A stretch of DNA of 64,000 bases, taken from assembly GCF_000027125.1 (NCBI RefSeq), contig NC_017626.1. One strand, written 5' to 3'. The DNA is from Escherichia coli 042 (GTDB taxonomy: Bacteria > Pseudomonadota > Gammaproteobacteria > Enterobacterales > Enterobacteriaceae). A model generated the notes under the pieces. That model worked only from the letters and a program-made list of their open reading frames with translations. It was not told the DNA's origin and made no database searches. This document shows, in pieces, positions 59,780-64,000 of this stretch (position 1 is the first letter of the stretch; every line of letters starts with the position of its first letter). The position numbers were made by a program, and so were the translations under genes.

Positions 59780-59926
59780 CTTTTAGTAGAGACCTCCAGC
59801 TATGTCGATTTTAGTGCCGCCCGCGCATTTTATACAAAACAGGGCTTTATTAATGAAGCTATAATACGCAATTACTATGATGTTGGTGAGGATAAATTAA
59901 TCTTCACTAAAAATATGCAATCGTGA
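59780..59926 (+). pseudogene. C-terminal remnant of a RimI-like GNAT acetyltransferase
   Basis: Hand translation ...LLLVETSSYVDFSAARAFYTKQGFINEAIIRNYYDVGEDKLIFTKNMQS* resembles the C-terminal motif of RimI-type GNATs; frame is closed by TGA about 55 codons upstream, so no full-length gene. Confidence 0.4.
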
Positions 59927-59992
59927 GATAAAATATGCTTTTAACTCATATTGAAACATTGCTTAAGCAACTTGGTTGCTGCATATGATTCT

Positions 59993-60562
59993 TTAGCCCG
60001 CGGTGACTCGCTTGCCGCTGGTAACAAACGTGCCAGCACCTAAGTGATGTAGTGTATTGAGTTTATCATCATCAAACTGCCAGCGGCCTTCGACAAATAC
60101 CCGTGCGTCTGCCGCTGCTGATACCACCTCGCCAAACAGCGTGTCGTATTTTTCTTGCGCGGAAGTCGCAGGTAGCAAGCGGCACTCCATCCACGCCAGA
60201 CATTTTTCCTCGACCAGAGGCAAACCAAGTACCGGACCTTTCACTACTGGAATGCCGTAGCAATTAAATTTATCTTCTTCACGACCCGACACACTTCCCA
60301 CCGCCCACGTCCAGTTAGTTGCTGCAACGCCCGGGATAACGATGCCAAATTTACCGTTACGTTCAATCAACTCCCTGGTCCATGTCGATTTATCTACCAC
60401 GATCGCAACACGTGGCGGTTCAAACTCTACCGGCATCGACCAGGCCGCAGCCATCACATTACGTCGCTGTGATTTTTCATCAAAAGTTGTTATCAAAATA
60501 GTTGGGCCATGATTTAACAGACGGCTGGCATGGTGTAATTCGACAGGGATGAATCGGCTCAC
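59993..60562 (-). CDS. yddH: Flavin reductase-like protein YddH
   Basis: 189-aa ORF at the conserved position before nhoA. Confidence 0.9.
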   Translation of the reverse strand: MSRFIPVELHHASRLLNHGPTILITTFDEKSQRRNVMAAAWSMPVEFEPPRVAIVVDKSTWTRELIERNGKFGIVIPGVAATNWTWAVGSVSGREEDKFNCYGIPVVKGPVLGLPLVEEKCLAWMECRLLPATSAQEKYDTLFGEVVSAAADARVFVEGRWQFDDDKLNTLHHLGAGTFVTSGKRVTAG

Positions 60563-60736
60563 GGTATCGCCTCGCTAAGAAGGGGGTTTTAAAAGCGTAG
60601 CTCGTAACGCTATAAGTAACGAAATTAACGGGATTGGCGATTTGCGAACGTGATGCATGTCCGCGATCGCACAAAATAGCCGGTGCGGCGTCTATTCCAG
60701 GTTATAAGTTGAGAAAACCACTAAGGGAAACGCCTG

Positions 60737-61582
60737 ATGACGCCCATTCTGAATCATTATTTTGCCCGTATTAACTGGTCGGGAGCTGCTGCGGTCAATA
60801 TTGATACGCTGCGTGCATTGCACCTGAAACACAATTGCACCATTCCATTCGAAAACCTCGACGTTTTGCTGCCAAGGGAAATACAGCTTGATGATCAATC
60901 GCTGGAAGAGAAACTGGTGACAGCCCGTCGTGGTGGTTACTGTTTTGAGCAGAATGGCGTGTTTGAGCGGGTGTTACGCGAGCTGGGGTTTAACGTTCGC
61001 AGCTTGTTAGGGCGCGTAGTGTTATCAAATCCGCCAGCATTACCGCCGCGCACCCATCGTTTGTTGTTGGTGGAACTGGAAGGGGAAAAATGGATTGCTG
61101 ATGTCGGTTTCGGTGGACAGACGCTAACCGCGCCGATTCGTTTAGTTCCCGATCTCGTGCAGATCACGCCACACGGAGAGTATCGGTTGTTACAGGAGGG
61201 TGATGATTGGGTGTTGCAGTTTAATCATCATCAGCACTGGCAGTCGATGTACCGTTTTGATCTCTGCGAGCAGCAACAAAGCGATTATGTAATGGGCAAT
61301 TTCTGGTCTGCGCACTGGCCGCAGTCGCATTTTCGCCATCATTTGCTGATGTGCCGCCATTTGCCGGACGGCGGCAAGCTGACACTGACCAATTTTCATT
61401 TTACCCATTATGAAAATGGGCACGCGGTGGAGCAGCGAAATCTACCAGATGTGGCGTCGTTATATGCCGTGATGCAGGAACAGTTTGGTCTGGGCGTAGA
61501 TGATGCGAAACATGGCTTTACTGTGGATGAGTTAGCGATGGTGATGGCGGCGTTTGATACGCACCCGGAGGCGGGAAAATAA
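60737..61582 (+). CDS. nhoA: N-hydroxyarylamine O-acetyltransferase
   Basis: 281-aa arylamine N-acetyltransferase ORF with catalytic Cys in RGGYCFEQN. Confidence 0.94.
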   Translation: MTPILNHYFARINWSGAAAVNIDTLRALHLKHNCTIPFENLDVLLPREIQLDDQSLEEKLVTARRGGYCFEQNGVFERVLRELGFNVRSLLGRVVLSNPPALPPRTHRLLLVELEGEKWIADVGFGGQTLTAPIRLVPDLVQITPHGEYRLLQEGDDWVLQFNHHQHWQSMYRFDLCEQQQSDYVMGNFWSAHWPQSHFRHHLLMCRHLPDGGKLTLTNFHFTHYENGHAVEQRNLPDVASLYAVMQEQFGLGVDDAKHGFTVDELAMVMAAFDTHPEAGK

Positions 61583-61593
61583 TTTATGTCAGG

Positions 61594-61658
61594 TTGCCGG
61601 ATGCGGCGTAAACGCCTTATCCGGCATACATAGACCTGATAAGCGAAGCGCATCAGGC
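61594..61658. repeat. REP/BIME palindromic units
   Basis: gccggatgcggcgtaaacgccttatccggc followed by a second palindrome cctgataagcgaagcgcatcagg between convergent nhoA and yddE. Confidence 0.8.
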
Positions 61659-61665
61659 AACGGTT

Positions 61666-62559
61666 TCAGAATTCAATTGCCCATTCGGCATGAAACAAAA
61701 TCACCGCTGTGCCAGAAATGGTGACTTTCTCCGGTTGGTTATTGCGAATTGTCACCGTCACTTCAATCACGCCGTCACGCCCCAATGCGCGCCCCTGATG
61801 GCCTTTAACATGCAACACGTTGCCATCGTGGGGCAATACGTTGTGATGTACCAACCATGCACCCATCGGGCCATTGGCATTGCCAGTCACCGGATCTTCC
61901 ACAATACCAATCGCAGGCGAGAACATGCGACCATCGGTTTCATTTTTGCCTGGGCGGATCTGGAACGGGAAGAAACCATTGCAGCCAATCTGTTTGCTGA
62001 TAGCGGTCAGCGCAGCAAGATCAGGCGAAAGGGCGTCGATATCCACTTCTGGTTTCAGTGGGATCATCACTTTTGAGTGTCCTGTGGTTGCCACCTGAAT
62101 TGGCAAGCCTGACAAAATATCGTCCTCAGTGAGATGAAGCGCGTTGATAATCGCTGCACGTGTTTCACCTTCCAGCGGTGGCTCAAAGCCCGGCGTACCT
62201 TGTTCCAGCGAAATACGATAATCATCGTTGTGATTTTCGATAGTCACGCGATGTTTTCCTGACAGTGACGTTTGCCAGACCGTGCAATTTCCTAAACCTA
62301 ACACCTTCGCACGTACATAGTGCGCAGCTACTGTCGCGTGACCACAAATCGGCACTTCAACTGTTGGCGTAAAGTAGCGGATGCGCACATCGCTGTCGTC
62401 GCTGTGCAGCAGAAAAGCAGTTTCCGAATGACCTAATTCGCGGGCGATAAGCTGCATTTGCGCTTCACTGAGATTATCGGCGGGGAAAACAACACCGGCA
62501 GAATTGCCGCGAAACGGTTGTGAGGTAAAAGCATCGACGTGGTACACCTGCGGTTTCAT
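61666..62559 (-). CDS. yddE: PhzF-family isomerase-like protein YddE
   Basis: 297-aa PhzF-fold ORF. Confidence 0.92.
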   Translation of the reverse strand: MKPQVYHVDAFTSQPFRGNSAGVVFPADNLSEAQMQLIARELGHSETAFLLHSDDSDVRIRYFTPTVEVPICGHATVAAHYVRAKVLGLGNCTVWQTSLSGKHRVTIENHNDDYRISLEQGTPGFEPPLEGETRAAIINALHLTEDDILSGLPIQVATTGHSKVMIPLKPEVDIDALSPDLAALTAISKQIGCNGFFPFQIRPGKNETDGRMFSPAIGIVEDPVTGNANGPMGAWLVHHNVLPHDGNVLHVKGHQGRALGRDGVIEVTVTIRNNQPEKVTISGTAVILFHAEWAIEF

Positions 62560-62637
62560 TAACGTTCTCCTGTGGCTGGAGAACTATCATAGCCTGCAAG
62601 TGGCCGGAGAGCGAAGGGCTATCCGGCCAGGGTGAAA

Positions 62638-63318
62638 TTATCGCCGCGAGCGCACAATCTGATACCGACGAGTAAAGTACTCAAACGGCGCGCTCCACAC
62701 ATGCACCAGTCGGGTGAACGGGAAGAGCAGGAAGATGGTCATTCCCAACACCAGATGCAGGCGGAAAACGAACGCTACGCCGTTAAGCATTTCTGACGAT
62801 CCACCACGGAAAGTGACAATGCTTTGCGCCCAACCCACCAGCTTCATCATTTCGCTACCATCAGGATACTGTGCTGAAAACGGTATGGTACTTAGCCCCA
62901 GCAGACACTGAATCAGCAAAATGCTCATGATGATAATATCCGGCGTAGTGGAAGTGGCACGCACGCGCTGATTAGTCAGCCTGCGCCACAGCAGTCCTGC
63001 GCCGCCAATCAACGTCAATACACCGCAAATACCACCGAGCACCATCGCCATCTGCTGTTTTACCGCCACCGGCAGAAACCACGCGTACATCCAGTGCGGC
63101 GTTAACATGCCGAACAGGTGCCCGAAGAAAATCCCCAAAATGCCGATATGGAACAGATTCGACCATATCACCATCCCGCGTTTATCGAGCATCTGACTCG
63201 AGGAGGCGCGCCAGGTATACTGCCCGTAGTCGTAGCGCAGCCAGCTGCCGAGGAAAAACACTGTCGCACAAATGTACGGGTAGATATCATAAAAAAAGAC
63301 GTTCAGATACTGAATCAT
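62638..63318 (-). CDS. narV: Respiratory nitrate reductase Z gamma subunit
   Basis: 226-aa multi-TM haem-b subunit ORF. Confidence 0.93.
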   Translation of the reverse strand: MIQYLNVFFYDIYPYICATVFFLGSWLRYDYGQYTWRASSSQMLDKRGMVIWSNLFHIGILGIFFGHLFGMLTPHWMYAWFLPVAVKQQMAMVLGGICGVLTLIGGAGLLWRRLTNQRVRATSTTPDIIIMSILLIQCLLGLSTIPFSAQYPDGSEMMKLVGWAQSIVTFRGGSSEMLNGVAFVFRLHLVLGMTIFLLFPFTRLVHVWSAPFEYFTRRYQIVRSRR

Positions 63319-64000
63319 TTCCCACCTCCCGCACTGATGTCGACATACTGCGGCGCGACATCCTGGCTAAAGCGTCGCTGATATTGATTAAGCGGCGAGC
63401 TGTCACACGCCGTGGCGTTATCTTCAATAAACTTCACCTGTTCCTCTTCCCACACCGCATCCAGTGCCTGGCGGGTGTCATCGCGCTCCTCACTGTTCAC
63501 CTGTTTTGTGACACTGTCACTTGAAAGTGTACTTCCTGCCAGTTGCAACAGGGTGTCAAATAACGCGTACCACGGTGCCTCGCGTTGTTTTAAGCGTCCG
63601 CCAAGCAGGGCGAGGATCGGCGCAACGTTGAGCAAGCCTTCTTTCGCCTGATCGTCCGGCAGTACGCTTAAGTACTCCAGATACAGCGGTAGATAATCGG
63701 GCAGTTCTCGACAATCCAACTGCAGGCCGACCTTTTCATACTCCGCCAGCAGGTCCACCATTGCCTGGCCGCGATCGCGGGACTCGGCATGAACATGTTC
63801 GAACAGCAGCAGCGATGTGGTACGTCCACGGTCAAACACTTCGCACCATTCGGCCTGTTTATCCAGCAGCGGCGCGTTAAGCAGGTTGCGGGTAAAATCC
63901 GTAAGCATCGGTGCGTCGCGGCGGATCAACGCCAGCGCGTCCTCCTTACATTCCCATAACAGCTCGTCCGGATACTCCATCAACAGGCCGATCACTTTGA
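63315..64000 (-). CDS. narW: Nitrate reductase Z assembly chaperone NarW (5' end outside window)
   Basis: ORF ...[26 protein letters not shown]... runs to the window edge; the start codon lies beyond position 64000. Confidence 0.88.
   Translation of the reverse strand, partial: KVIGLLMEYPDELLWECKEDALALIRRDAPMLTDFTRNLLNAPLLDKQAEWCEVFDRGRTTSLLLFEHVHAESRDRGQAMVDLLAEYEKVGLQLDCRELPDYLPLYLEYLSVLPDDQAKEGLLNVAPILALLGGRLKQREAPWYALFDTLLQLAGSTLSSDSVTKQVNSEERDDTRQALDAVWEEEQVKFIEDNATACDSSPLNQYQRRFSQDVAPQYVDISAGGGK

Overview
Enterobacterial chromosome segment, collinear with the E. coli K-12 32-33 min region (ynbA through narW), identified by reading the six-frame translations against remembered K-12 proteins; no database search was run. 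About 50 conserved housekeeping, transport and regulatory genes are present (ynbABCD, azoR, hrpA, ydcF, aldA, gapC, cybB, ydcA, hokB, trg, ydcI, ydcJ, opgD, ydcH, rimL, ydcK, tehAB, ydcL, ydcO, ydcN, ydcP, yncJ, hicAB, ydcR, ydcSTUV, patD, yncL, ortT, ydcY, ydcZ, mnaT, curA, mcbR, yncD, yncE, ansP, yncG, yddH, nhoA, yddE, narV, narW partial). Against this backbone several strain-specific, low-GC or mobile features stand out. The most interesting is a compact PAAR-VgrG-effector-immunity module at 53.1-57.4 kb: an orphan type VI secretion spike/cargo unit whose cargo is an unrecognised 263-aa protein with an HEMSH zinc-metallopeptidase motif, followed by a signal-peptide protein (candidate immunity), an H-repeat transposase remnant and two AT-rich orphan ORFs. 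Other features: a three-ORF AT-rich islet between hrpA and ydcF; an in-frame amber codon in ydcF; an IS1 copy with 9-bp target duplication splitting ynbB; a 1432-bp IS3-family (IS1397-like) element with 3-bp duplication inserted in the loop of a REP palindrome between ydcP and yncJ; and a hexapeptide-repeat xenobiotic-acetyltransferase-like gene in an AT-rich islet between patD and yncL. gapC is an intact 333-codon ORF and no IS609 lies between ydcL and ydcO. No rRNA, tRNA or CRISPR array was recognised.
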